From Candidatus Omnitrophota bacterium (GTDB taxonomy: Bacteria > Omnitrophota > Gorgyraeia > Zapsychrales > JAKLDJ01): DNA of 64,000 bases. Positions 38,758 to 48,404 of the stretch are shown here, in pieces (the first letter of the stretch is position 1; each line of letters opens with the position of its first letter). The notes under the pieces are model-generated. The model made no database searches. It was given only the letters and a program-made list of their open reading frames with translations, and was not told the origin of the DNA. Made by a program: the position numbers and the translations under genes. The DNA lies in assembly GCA_022703585.1 (NCBI GenBank), contig JAKLDJ010000003.1, forward strand, positions 142,250-206,249, given 5' to 3'.

Positions 38758-39522
38758 ATGTTGATCATGAATAATCAGGGAAAGGCAATTACCATCTTTC
38801 TTATTGTAATCTCCATCCTGTTATTATCCGTCACAGGCATTACCCTGTTTTTCTTAAAGACCGAAAATGATTTACGGAAGTCCCTCGAAGTTCAGCTGGC
38901 CCAAGCCAAGGCCTCGGCGGCGAAGCTCGACGGGGATTTAAAAGAATCTAAAAAGAAAGTTTTCTTGATGGAAGAGAAAATGAAGGACGCTGATGTGAAA
39001 ATCAACGGCCTGATGGATGAACTCGAACTTCAAGAAGGTTTAAGGGAGCAGGGTAAGGTCGAGAATGCTGCCCTCAAAGAAGCCCTGGATAGCGAGAAAA
39101 AGACTAAAGAAGCCATTGAAAGAGATCTGACGGCTGCCCAAGAGAAAATCGGTGCCCTGGAACAGAAGATCAAAGAGGAAGAAGCGCGTCGCGCTGAACT
39201 CGAAGCAAAAATCCAGGCAACGGAAATGCCCGCGGCCGAAGCGCAATCAGAGGTGGAGCTGGGCAAGATTGTTGTTACTCCCGGAGAGATTCCCGAAGGT
39301 AAAATTTTAAGCGTCAATGCGGAAAATAACTTTGCCGTTTTTGATTTAGGGCAAGAACAGGGAGTGGCCCCGGAGATGATTTTCTCGGTTTATAGAGGCG
39401 AACAATATTTGGGCGATATCAAGGTTGCTCGGGTGGAAACGAAGATGTCTGTCGCGGATATTGTCGAGCCTTTGACATCGAAACAACTGCAGAAAAACGA
39501 CAGAGTTACCGCAAAAAAATGA
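38758..39522 (+). CDS. membrane-anchored coiled-coil protein with an uncharacterised C-terminal beta domain
   Basis: N-terminal TM helix, 130-residue coiled coil, conserved-looking C-terminal 70 aa; no recognisable family. Confidence 0.45.
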   Translation: MLIMNNQGKAITIFLIVISILLLSVTGITLFFLKTENDLRKSLEVQLAQAKASAAKLDGDLKESKKKVFLMEEKMKDADVKINGLMDELELQEGLREQGKVENAALKEALDSEKKTKEAIERDLTAAQEKIGALEQKIKEEEARRAELEAKIQATEMPAAEAQSEVELGKIVVTPGEIPEGKILSVNAENNFAVFDLGQEQGVAPEMIFSVYRGEQYLGDIKVARVETKMSVADIVEPLTSKQLQKNDRVTAKK

Positions 39523-40811
39523 TTCTTACGGTCAGGCCCGCGGATTATCTAAAAGGGCATATTGACCTGCCTGCGTCTAAATCCTACACGATTCGCGCTA
39601 TCCTTATTGCCGCCTGCGGCGGTGTTTCTAAAATTATTAATCTTTCCAGTTGTGATGATGCCAATGTTGCCCGCAAAGTCGCGCGCGTACTTGGCGCCCG
39701 GATGATCTCTGCCCGCAATAAAAAAGATATATTAAGAATTTCTGCCGTTAAAAAGATGCCTGAATCCGTTCACGTCGATGTGGGGGAATCGGGGACGGTC
39801 TTACGTTTTCTGCTGCCGCTTTTAGTTGCGCGGGGCTCTGCTGCCCGGGTAACCGGACAAGGGACCCTGCGGTCGCGGCCCAATACCCATCTTGTGAAAG
39901 CGTTAAGAGGCATGGGCGCTGACATTAAAGGACGGGGCCCGGGAAATTGTGTCCCGATTACGATCGGCAAGGGAACGGTACGCGGAGGAAAGATATCCAT
40001 TGACGGGACGTTAAGTTCGCAGTTTATTTCCGCCCTTCTGATTGCCTGCCCATTTTTAAAAAGCGATACCTCTTTGGCGATTAAAGGAAAAAAAATTGTT
40101 TCAGCGACCTACGTCACGATGACGCGCCAGGTTTTGAAACATGCTGGTATTAATATCGTGTCAAAAGGGCAGCGCTCATTCTTTATTAAAGGAAACCAGC
40201 GATTTAAGGGTTTAAGAAATTTCGTGGTTCCGTCGGATTACGGCCTAGCAGCGTTTTTGCTGGCCGCGGCCGCTTTGACAAAATCAAATTTAATCCTCAC
40301 AGGTTCCCTTAAAGATAGCCTTATTCAGTCAGACGGAGAAATATTGCCGCTATTGCGCCGCATGGGCGTTAAGTTTGTTAAATCGGCAAACCGGATAAGA
40401 ATTTCCGGGCCGTCTCGGCTAAAAGGGGGAAGTTTTTCTCTCAAGAACTGTCCGGATCTTGTTCCGATTGTTTCGGTTATGGCTTTATTCGCCCGGGGAA
40501 AAACCAGGCTATATGACATTGCCCATGTGCGCAGCAAAGAATCCGACCGGATTAGCGATTTGCGCAAAGAGCTTTTGAAGCTCGGAGCCAAGGTTAAGGA
40601 AACAAAAAACGAGCTCATAATTTATCCGCGTCCTAATTACAAGAAAAATGTCTTTTTAGATCCCCATCATGACCACCGTCTGGCCATGTCTTTTTGTATT
40701 GCAGGGTTAAAACTTGGTGTGCGCGTTAAAGATATAGAATGCGTGGCAAAGTCTTACCCGAGTTTCACCCAAGACTTGAAAAGTGCCGGTGCCTGCCTCT
40801 CTCGAAACTAA
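39519..40811 (+). CDS. aroA: 3-phosphoshikimate 1-carboxyvinyltransferase (EPSP synthase)
   Basis: LPASKSYTIRAILIAA and DHRLAMSFCIAGL EPSPS motifs. Confidence 0.85.
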   Translation: MILTVRPADYLKGHIDLPASKSYTIRAILIAACGGVSKIINLSSCDDANVARKVARVLGARMISARNKKDILRISAVKKMPESVHVDVGESGTVLRFLLPLLVARGSAARVTGQGTLRSRPNTHLVKALRGMGADIKGRGPGNCVPITIGKGTVRGGKISIDGTLSSQFISALLIACPFLKSDTSLAIKGKKIVSATYVTMTRQVLKHAGINIVSKGQRSFFIKGNQRFKGLRNFVVPSDYGLAAFLLAAAALTKSNLILTGSLKDSLIQSDGEILPLLRRMGVKFVKSANRIRISGPSRLKGGSFSLKNCPDLVPIVSVMALFARGKTRLYDIAHVRSKESDRISDLRKELLKLGAKVKETKNELIIYPRPNYKKNVFLDPHHDHRLAMSFCIAGLKLGVRVKDIECVAKSYPSFTQDLKSAGACLSRN

Positions 40812-40952
40812 AAAACGTTGACAGCCCAATCTTTTTCGTATATCATTGTCTCTGTTGTTTTATTTAGTCGCAACTATTTGAAATAGGTATATTAACAAAA
40901 ATTATCCCAAAACCGACCCGGAAGTTTCCCTACTCTAAATAAGAGGGCCTCT

Positions 40953-42026
40953 ATGATGCAAAAGCTCAGGAAAATGATCAAGAAATCAATCGATTACATT
41001 TTGGGGCTTTTTTCCAATGATATCGGGATTGATCTCGGAACCGCCACTACTTTGGTTTATGTTAAAGGAGAGGGGGTTGTTCTCTGCGAGCCTTCCGTTG
41101 TAGCCATCCAAAAGGATACATCCCAGGTATTAGCCGTGGGCGAAGAGGCAAAGCGCATGTTGGGCCGCACCCCGGGAAACATCATTGCCATCCGCCCTAT
41201 GAAAAACGGGGCCATTTCCAACTTTGAAGTTACCGAAGCCATGCTCCGTTACTTTATTAAAAAGGTGCATCGCCGCAAGGTCCTTGTCCGTCCCGCGATG
41301 GTGATTGCCATCCCTTCCGGTATTACCGAAGTCGAGAAGCGCGCTGTCCGGGATTCGGCAGAACGTGCCGGTGCCCGCTCTGTCGAGTTGATTGAAGAGC
41401 CAAAAGCAGCCGCTATCGGAGTCGGCCTGCCGATTGAAGAGCCCGGCGGTAATATGATTATCGACATCGGCGGAGGCACAACTGAACTCGCTGTTATTTC
41501 TTTAGGCGGTATTGTTTATTCGAGCTCTATCCGGGTTGCCGGAGATGAAATGGATCTTGCTATTATCGAGTATCTTCGTAAAACGTATAATCTCTTAATC
41601 GGCGAGAGAACAGCGGAAGAAATAAAGATAAGAATTGGTTCGGCTTATCCTCTGGAAGAAGAATTATCAATGGATGTCCGCGGGCGTGACCTTATCGCCG
41701 GTTTACCTAAAACGGTCACCATTACCTCGGTTGAAATAAGAGAGGCATTACAGGTGCCCATCCGCATGATCGCGGACGCGGCAAAGAATACCCTTGAACA
41801 TACGCCGCCCGAGTTGGCCGCGGATTTAATTGACCGCGGTATCGTGATGGCGGGGGGTAGCTCGCTTTTAAGGGGAATCGATAAGCTGATCGCCGAGGAA
41901 ACGGGGTTGCCGGTCCATATCGCTGATGATCCTTTGACCGCAGTTGTTTTGGGAACGGGCCTGACCCTGACGATGCCGTTACGTTTTAGAAGACAGATTG
42001 TTGTTCCGACAAAGTTGGATTTTTAA
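40953..42026 (+). CDS. mreB: rod shape-determining protein MreB
   Basis: [14 protein letters not shown], actin-fold ATPase motifs. Confidence 0.95.
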   Translation: MMQKLRKMIKKSIDYILGLFSNDIGIDLGTATTLVYVKGEGVVLCEPSVVAIQKDTSQVLAVGEEAKRMLGRTPGNIIAIRPMKNGAISNFEVTEAMLRYFIKKVHRRKVLVRPAMVIAIPSGITEVEKRAVRDSAERAGARSVELIEEPKAAAIGVGLPIEEPGGNMIIDIGGGTTELAVISLGGIVYSSSIRVAGDEMDLAIIEYLRKTYNLLIGERTAEEIKIRIGSAYPLEEELSMDVRGRDLIAGLPKTVTITSVEIREALQVPIRMIADAAKNTLEHTPPELAADLIDRGIVMAGGSSLLRGIDKLIAEETGLPVHIADDPLTAVVLGTGLTLTMPLRFRRQIVVPTKLDF

Positions 42027-42052
42027 GTTAATCTTGCCATTACGCCATTGAT

Positions 42053-42841
42053 GTGTCCAGGAAAACCAAAAAGCTACTGATCTACTGTCTTATCCTCGTT
42101 TTTCCCCTCTTTTTTCTTTTTGCCAAACAAGCCGCTTTCCAATCTTTTAAAATGAACGTTGTCGATATTTCTTCTTTGCCGATTCGCGTCGTGCTTTTCC
42201 CTTTTGAAGAAATTAAGAAGATTGTTTTTTACCGAAGCACCTTTAACAAATACACGAAACTAAAAAGAGAAGCAGATATTTTAAGGACCAAATTTATCAA
42301 GCAGGAAGAGCTGATAAGAGAAAATAATCGCCTTAAGGAGCTCTTGGATTTGAAGTGGAATTCGAATTATCCGGGTATTCTTGCCCGGGTCATTGCCCGG
42401 GATCCGTCCAATTGGGCGGCGGCGGTGATTATTGATAAGGGCGAAACAAACGGAATCAAACAGGGTATGCCGGTTATCAATAGTGCCGGTGTCGTGGGCA
42501 AGATTTCCGAAGTTGGCCGGCGGACCAGCAAGGTCCTTCTTTTAAGCGATCCGAATTTTAGCGTTCCCGCGCTCATCCAGCGTAACCGCGAACAGGGTTT
42601 GGTCTCTGGCACTCTTCAGGGGGTCTGCCGGATGCGCTATCTTTCTTCCGGCGCCGATGTCCGCGCAGGCGACAAAGTCATTACGTCTAAGCTGAGTACA
42701 TTTTTTCCCGAAGGGCTAATGATTGGTGACGTTATTTCGGTCCGGGAGGGCCTTGAGGGCCCGACGGTTGAATGTCTTATCAGGCCGGCAGTTTCGCCTT
42801 CTCAGACGGAAGAAGTGCTGGTCATTATCAAGGGCCGGTAA
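42053..42841 (+). CDS. mreC: rod shape-determining protein MreC
   Basis: GTG start, N-terminal TM and coiled coil, C-terminal beta domain. Confidence 0.85.
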   Translation: MSRKTKKLLIYCLILVFPLFFLFAKQAAFQSFKMNVVDISSLPIRVVLFPFEEIKKIVFYRSTFNKYTKLKREADILRTKFIKQEELIRENNRLKELLDLKWNSNYPGILARVIARDPSNWAAAVIIDKGETNGIKQGMPVINSAGVVGKISEVGRRTSKVLLLSDPNFSVPALIQRNREQGLVSGTLQGVCRMRYLSSGADVRAGDKVITSKLSTFFPEGLMIGDVISVREGLEGPTVECLIRPAVSPSQTEEVLVIIKGR

Positions 42842-42853
42842 TAAAGGAAATTT

Positions 42854-43348
42854 ATGGCTGTCTTTAGAAAAGTATTTATTATTGTGCTCTTAACGTTCTG
42901 TTTTTTTACGGCCGAATTTATTTTATTCGATGTTTTCGGGCAATGGTTTGATCCCAATTTGTTAATGCTGCTGATTATTTTTATTAACTTAAAACTTGGC
43001 ATACGGTATGGATTGTTCGCAGCGTTTTTAGCCGGCCTGCTAAAAGACAGTTTTGCTATCGGGATATTCGGGGCCAACATTCTTTCGTTTATTTTTTGTG
43101 CCTATGCGACTGTGCTGGTAAAAAGGTATTTTTATGAAGTGGAGGGAAGTTTCTTAAGAATCCTTCTGGCATTTACCATGAGCTTGCTTTGTGTTCTGGT
43201 CAATTATCTTGCAACCTCGATTTTCTTCGGTATTAATTTTCGCGAGGCGATTATTTTTGTTATGTTGCCGGAAGTTATCGCAACAACTTTTTTAGTAGCG
43301 TTTGTGTTTGATAATCTTAAGAAGATTTCTCTGAAACTGGCGATCTAG
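42854..43348 (+). CDS. mreD: rod shape-determining protein MreD
   Basis: 164-aa polytopic membrane protein directly after mreC. Confidence 0.7.
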   Translation: MAVFRKVFIIVLLTFCFFTAEFILFDVFGQWFDPNLLMLLIIFINLKLGIRYGLFAAFLAGLLKDSFAIGIFGANILSFIFCAYATVLVKRYFYEVEGSFLRILLAFTMSLLCVLVNYLATSIFFGINFREAIIFVMLPEVIATTFLVAFVFDNLKKISLKLAI

Positions 43349-43386
43349 ACTTGTCCTCCAGCGAAGACTCCGAGAGCTGATTAAAA

Positions 43387-45099
43387 ATGCGTCTTAAAGT
43401 TATCCGCCTGGTTATCCTGTATTTATTTCTGTTTATCACCGGTGGACTTCTCTATCTTCAAATTATCCGCGGTAACGATTATTTCCTTTTAAGCCTCAAT
43501 AACAGTATACGGGTTGTGCCGATTGAGAGCCGTCGCGGCATTATTTTTGACCGTAATGGCGCTGTGCTCGCCGATAATCGTTTTTCTTTTGATGTGGCGG
43601 TTGTGCCGCAGGAAGCTAAGGATAAGGAAAAATTATTCGACTATCTTGCCCAAGTTTTGAAGGTCGATAAAGAGAAGCTATTAAAGACATTTAAGCGGAA
43701 AATAACGGCATCTTTTGTTCCTGTCGTTGTCGTCGAAGATGTTTCGCGGGAGGCGGCGATTATCTTAGAAGAAAACAAATTCCGATTTCCGGGTCTCATG
43801 GTGCGCACGGATTACAGAAGGTATTACCCTTTTCGGGAAATCAGCGCCCATGTCATCGGGTATATCGGGAAAATCAATCGTTCTGAAATAACGCAGCTTA
43901 AAGAATACGGCTATACCGCACAAAGCATGATTGGACGTTCCGGCATCGAGAGATCCTATGATCGGTATTTACAGGGCCAAGACGGCGGCCTTCAAGTCGA
44001 GGTCAATAACCGCGGCCAGCAGGTAAGGCTCTTGGGATATAAGGAGCCGGTTGGCGGACAGAGTATCGGGCTGACTATCGATAGCCGTATTCAGCAAATC
44101 GCAATGGATGCTCTTCAAGAAAAAAGAGGGGCGGTGATTGCCATGGATTTGGAAACGGATGAAGTTTTGGCGATGGTTAGCTACCCTTCTTTTGATCCTA
44201 ATGATTTTGTCAGCGGTCAGTCTTACAAGGCCGCGGGGTTATTTCATGATTCCAGTGCCCCGCTTCTTAATCGGGCGATCAGCGGCTTGTACCCTCCGGG
44301 TTCGGTATTTAAACTTCCTATTGTTGTTGCTGCGCTGGAGACAGGCAAGATTACGCCGAGAACTTCTTTTATGTGCCAAGGTTTTTATTCGTTAGGCGGG
44401 CGTAGTTTTGGCTGTTCTCATACGCATGGGATGCAGGATCTTGTGCAGGCGATCGCCCACTCCTGCAATGTTTATTTTTTCAATGCCGGTCTCTTGCTTG
44501 GGCCGGAATTAATCAGTCAATATGCGCGTCAATTCGGGCTGGGAAGTTTAACGGGTATTGATCTTCCTTCCGAGCAGAAAGGTTTTGTTCCTGACCGGTT
44601 GCTTCGTAAGAAAATAAAAAACCGGCAATGGTACAAGGGGGACACGCTTAATTTTTCTATCGGACAAGGGGACACATTGGTTACGCCTATTCAATTGCTT
44701 CGCATGATGGCTGCCATCGCCAGAAACAGCAAAGAAGTTCATCCGCATATCTTAAAAACAATCGGTTCTTTAGGGGTAGAAAATAATTCTGTTCAGGAGA
44801 AATTGGAGATAAACGAGAAAAATTTAGAAACGTTAAAATTGGGATTACGCGAGGCTGTTCAAGACGAAGAAGGGACTGCCCGTTTGCTCGCCATCCAAGG
44901 GGTTTCGGTTTTGGGAAAGACGGGTACCGCTGAAACTTCGGGAGGGCGTGCGGCCCATGCCTGGTTTGTCGGTTTTTGCCCTTTGGCAAAAACAAAAATT
45001 GTTTTTTGCGTTTTCTTAGAGCACGGCGGGACAAGTTATAATGCCTGTGCGGTTGCGCGGCAGATTCTGCTTAAGATGCAAGAGGAACAAATTCTGTAA
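43387..45099 (+). CDS. mrdA: penicillin-binding protein 2 (elongasome transpeptidase)
   Basis: PBP dimerisation domain plus transpeptidase SxxK (SVFK), SxN, KTG (KTGT). Confidence 0.9.
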   Translation: MRLKVIRLVILYLFLFITGGLLYLQIIRGNDYFLLSLNNSIRVVPIESRRGIIFDRNGAVLADNRFSFDVAVVPQEAKDKEKLFDYLAQVLKVDKEKLLKTFKRKITASFVPVVVVEDVSREAAIILEENKFRFPGLMVRTDYRRYYPFREISAHVIGYIGKINRSEITQLKEYGYTAQSMIGRSGIERSYDRYLQGQDGGLQVEVNNRGQQVRLLGYKEPVGGQSIGLTIDSRIQQIAMDALQEKRGAVIAMDLETDEVLAMVSYPSFDPNDFVSGQSYKAAGLFHDSSAPLLNRAISGLYPPGSVFKLPIVVAALETGKITPRTSFMCQGFYSLGGRSFGCSHTHGMQDLVQAIAHSCNVYFFNAGLLLGPELISQYARQFGLGSLTGIDLPSEQKGFVPDRLLRKKIKNRQWYKGDTLNFSIGQGDTLVTPIQLLRMMAAIARNSKEVHPHILKTIGSLGVENNSVQEKLEINEKNLETLKLGLREAVQDEEGTARLLAIQGVSVLGKTGTAETSGGRAAHAWFVGFCPLAKTKIVFCVFLEHGGTSYNACAVARQILLKMQEEQIL

Positions 45100-45113
45100 A
45101 GAGCGATTAAACT

Positions 45114-46220
45114 ATGCAGCGTATTTTAGAACAGAGAATTTGGATCGCGACGGTCGCGATCATGACTTTCGGTCTCGCGGCCTTGTATAGCGCTTCTTAT
45201 CAAAATGCCAGAGTAGAACGCGGCATTTTCTACGATCAGCTTGTCTGGGCGCTGGTGGGCTTATTGGTTATGTTTTTATTGAGCCGTTTTGATTGCCGAA
45301 GGCTCTTTAGTATGGCGTACATTTTTTACATATTAAACATCATCCTTTTGATTACCGTCTTAATAATCGGGAGAAATATTCTGGGGGCGAAACGCTGGAT
45401 TGAAGTCGGCAGTATCAATTTCCAGCCGTCGGAGTTGATGAAGCTGGCGGTCGTAATCGTTTTGGCCCGGTATTTAAGCCAGCGGAATACTTTTCCTGTT
45501 TTTAGTGTCCAAAGTTTTTTGCGTTCCTTGAGCCACGAATTTATCATTCCCTTACTTTTGGTAGTGCTCCCGATGTTGTTCATCTTTAAACAGCCGGATT
45601 TGGGAACGGCGCTACTCCTTCTCGGCGTTTTCATTATTCTGATTTTTGCTTCCGGAGTGAGACTAAGATTTATTCTGCCGTTTTTAGGGCTTGGTTTGGC
45701 CGTTGCGCCGTTCGCGTGGCATATCTTGAAGCCGTATCAAAAGGAGAGGCTGATGGTGTTTTTAAATCCCAGCGCTGATCCTCTAGGAGCCGGTTACACG
45801 ATTATTCAGTCAAAAATTGCCGTTGGCTCCGGGAGGCTTTTGGGCAAGGGCTGGTTTGGGGGGAGCCAAAATCAATTGAGTTTTCTGCCCGAGAGGCATA
45901 CGGATTTTATATTTTCGGTGATCGGTGAAGAATGGGGATTTTTAGGGGCAGCTTTTTTAATTTTCTGTTTTTTTATTCTCATCGATAGCGGTTTAAAAAT
46001 AGCGAAGCATTCCAACGACCGTTTCGGTTTCTTAATGGCGGTTGGAATCGCCGGTATTCTTGCCCTGCAAACTATTATTAATGTCGGGATGGTCTTGGGG
46101 TTATTCCCGGTGGTGGGCTTAACCTTGCCTTTTGTGAGCTACGGGCGCTCTTCGCTTATGATTTCTGCTGTTATGCTTGGAATTCTGCTGAGCCTTAACA
46201 GAAGAAGAATCATTTTCTAA
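45114..46220 (+). CDS. rodA: peptidoglycan glycosyltransferase RodA (SEDS family)
   Basis: FtsW/RodA/SpoVE signatures, 10 TM helices. Confidence 0.9.
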   Translation: MQRILEQRIWIATVAIMTFGLAALYSASYQNARVERGIFYDQLVWALVGLLVMFLLSRFDCRRLFSMAYIFYILNIILLITVLIIGRNILGAKRWIEVGSINFQPSELMKLAVVIVLARYLSQRNTFPVFSVQSFLRSLSHEFIIPLLLVVLPMLFIFKQPDLGTALLLLGVFIILIFASGVRLRFILPFLGLGLAVAPFAWHILKPYQKERLMVFLNPSADPLGAGYTIIQSKIAVGSGRLLGKGWFGGSQNQLSFLPERHTDFIFSVIGEEWGFLGAAFLIFCFFILIDSGLKIAKHSNDRFGFLMAVGIAGILALQTIINVGMVLGLFPVVGLTLPFVSYGRSSLMISAVMLGILLSLNRRRIIF

Positions 46221-46315
46221 TTCGAAAGACATTTTAAGGTTGGGAAAGGTTTCTCGGATGAAAAGTTTGAACAATTCTTTTTTAAAGTGTTCGCTTTATT
46301 TATCCGAGAGATAAA

Positions 46316-46345
46316 TTGACAAATAGCGCTTACTCAAGCTAAAAT
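46316..46345 (+). promoter_or_regulatory. candidate sigma70 promoter (TTGACA-N18-TAAAAT) upstream of the GGDEF/pilus locus
   Basis: TTGACA 46316-46321, TAAAAT 46340-46345. Confidence 0.4.
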
Positions 46346-46416
46346 TATAAGTCAGTATTAGAATTAATCTTAGTCTTAATAGTACGTAGGATTATTAACT
46401 ATAGGGAGGTTATCCC

Positions 46417-47853
46417 ATGGGAGTCTTTTGGAAGTGGATGACGTTACGTAAAAGAGGATTAAAGCATGAGCTGGCGGTTGCTTTTGGTTTGGTGATTTTG
46501 GCTCTTTTGGTTTTCTTAGGCTATCTTTTTCCGGGCGTATCCTCGGTTTTCCAGACAAAGACGAATCTTAATGTCGTTGCCGGAATAGTATTTCTTATCG
46601 TTGTGCTGGGTTTTTTTCTGCTGACGCAAAAAATTATTGATCCGCTTATCAAGATCAGCAGAGAGGCCAAGAAAATTGCCGAGGGCGATTTAACCCATGA
46701 AGTAAAGCTTTCCGGAGAAGATGAGATTGGTGAGCTGGGGGTGGCCTTAAACCGGATGACCAAGCGCATTAAAGAGAATATGGAGGAGTTAAAAGTTTTT
46801 AGCGAGAAAACCGAGGTCATTAACTCCGAAATTAATAAGCGTATTTTTGTTCTCGCCAGCCTTTTACAGATTAGCAATCTGATTTCTCAGAATGCCAAGT
46901 TGGAAGAAATTATCGAGGCGGGTGTGGACCGATGCTTATCCTCGGGAGAGATGACGTTGGGATGCCTGATTTTACGGGATCGGCAGAGCAACGAATATGT
47001 GGTTAAATCCGTCCATAGCCAAAACAAAGAAGAGCTGATGGCGAAGGGGCTGGGAAATTTTAAGGTTCAGCTGGGGGTCGGTGCTTTGGGTCAAGCCATT
47101 TTGCGCCAGGAAACTATTGTTATTGATAAGAGTTCCGCGGGCACGTACGATACCGAAGAACTGCGGTCGGTTTTTCTTCTAAAAAATGCCTTGGTGGTGC
47201 CGATTGCTTCTCGCGGCAAGATTCACGGCTTATTAATTGCCGGCAACAACAAGGAAAATTTTTCTTGTCATGCGGCAGATAAAGAGCTGATGGACCTTCT
47301 TTCAAAGCAGCTCTCGATTGCCATTGAGAACGATCTTCTGGCGACTAGGGTGGAAAAACTGGAGATTGTCGATAGCCTAACCGGTCTTTACAACAGTACT
47401 TTTGTGGGCGAGCGCTTAAACGAAGAAATCAAAAGGGCCATTCGTTTTCAGAGGCCGTGTGCTTTTGTCCTTTTTACGATTGACCGCTTTAGTGAATTTC
47501 ACGGAGCCTTTGGCCACATTGCGGCGGAGAATGTCCTGATAAAGATCGGGTCAATCCTTAAGGAGAACATCAGCGAGGTCGATAAGGCGGCGCGATTTGG
47601 CGACCATGAATTTGCCTTGATATTGCCGGAGAAAAACAAGCGTCAGTCCATTGAAGTGGCTGACGAAATAAGAAGAAAGATTGAATTTGTTTTTTCGGGA
47701 GAAGATGATCAGCGCAGGAAATTAACCTGCACGGGATCCGTCACCGAAAATCCCGTTGACGGAATTACGGCGGATGAATTGATTTCAAAGGCCAGAGAAA
47801 TTCTCGATTCCGCCAAGAGCCAAGGGGGGAACCGTATTTCTTATAAAATTTAA
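46417..47853 (+). CDS. membrane HAMP-GAF protein with a degenerate GGDEF domain (GDHEF, no I-site)
   Basis: N-terminal two TM helices plus HAMP, GAF, C-terminal RFGDHEFALIL in place of RYGGEEF; RxxD replaced by ISEVD. Confidence 0.75.
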   Translation: MGVFWKWMTLRKRGLKHELAVAFGLVILALLVFLGYLFPGVSSVFQTKTNLNVVAGIVFLIVVLGFFLLTQKIIDPLIKISREAKKIAEGDLTHEVKLSGEDEIGELGVALNRMTKRIKENMEELKVFSEKTEVINSEINKRIFVLASLLQISNLISQNAKLEEIIEAGVDRCLSSGEMTLGCLILRDRQSNEYVVKSVHSQNKEELMAKGLGNFKVQLGVGALGQAILRQETIVIDKSSAGTYDTEELRSVFLLKNALVVPIASRGKIHGLLIAGNNKENFSCHAADKELMDLLSKQLSIAIENDLLATRVEKLEIVDSLTGLYNSTFVGERLNEEIKRAIRFQRPCAFVLFTIDRFSEFHGAFGHIAAENVLIKIGSILKENISEVDKAARFGDHEFALILPEKNKRQSIEVADEIRRKIEFVFSGEDDQRRKLTCTGSVTENPVDGITADELISKAREILDSAKSQGGNRISYKI

Positions 47854-47905
47854 TTCCGAAATTGAGACTTAAGCAAGAGATTGAACCGATAAGGCGGATG
47901 GTTGG

Positions 47906-48355
47906 ATGACTCACTACAAGAAAGTCACGAATAAGTATTTAGGGGAACTTCTTCTCGAGCGGGGCGTAATTAATCACGAACAGCTGAAGATGGCTGTTGC
48001 CTACCAGCAAGATAAGGGCGGGCTGATTGGCGAAGTCTTAGTTGAGCTCAAATTTGTCACCGAGGAGGATATTGCCCAGGCCTTGACCTGCCAATACGGC
48101 TTTCCCTATCTTCCGCTTACGAATTATGAAATTGATGCCGAGGTCATTAATACGATTCCGGAAAATGTGTGTAAACAGTTTTGCCTTATCCCGATCGACA
48201 AAATCGGCAAAAGCCTGACCCTTGCCATGGCCAATCCCCTAAACGTTCAGGCCATCGAAGATGTGGAGCTGATCACGGGCTGTACCGTTCAAACCTTCGT
48301 CAGCACGGCGACGGATATCCGAAGGTCGATCGCGAAATACTACAAATCGAAATAA
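47906..48355 (+). CDS. standalone GspE-N (T2SSE_N / MshEN-like) domain protein
   Basis: 149 aa; YLGELLLERGVINHEQLKMAVAYQQ fits the T2SSE_N helix motif; paralog of 52086..52547 and of the PilB N-termini. Confidence 0.6.
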   Translation: MTHYKKVTNKYLGELLLERGVINHEQLKMAVAYQQDKGGLIGEVLVELKFVTEEDIAQALTCQYGFPYLPLTNYEIDAEVINTIPENVCKQFCLIPIDKIGKSLTLAMANPLNVQAIEDVELITGCTVQTFVSTATDIRRSIAKYYKSK

Positions 48356-48404
48356 GCCCGTTCATTTCTTGCCCTGATTCTCGACGAAAGAGGTTTTTAG
48401 AGAG

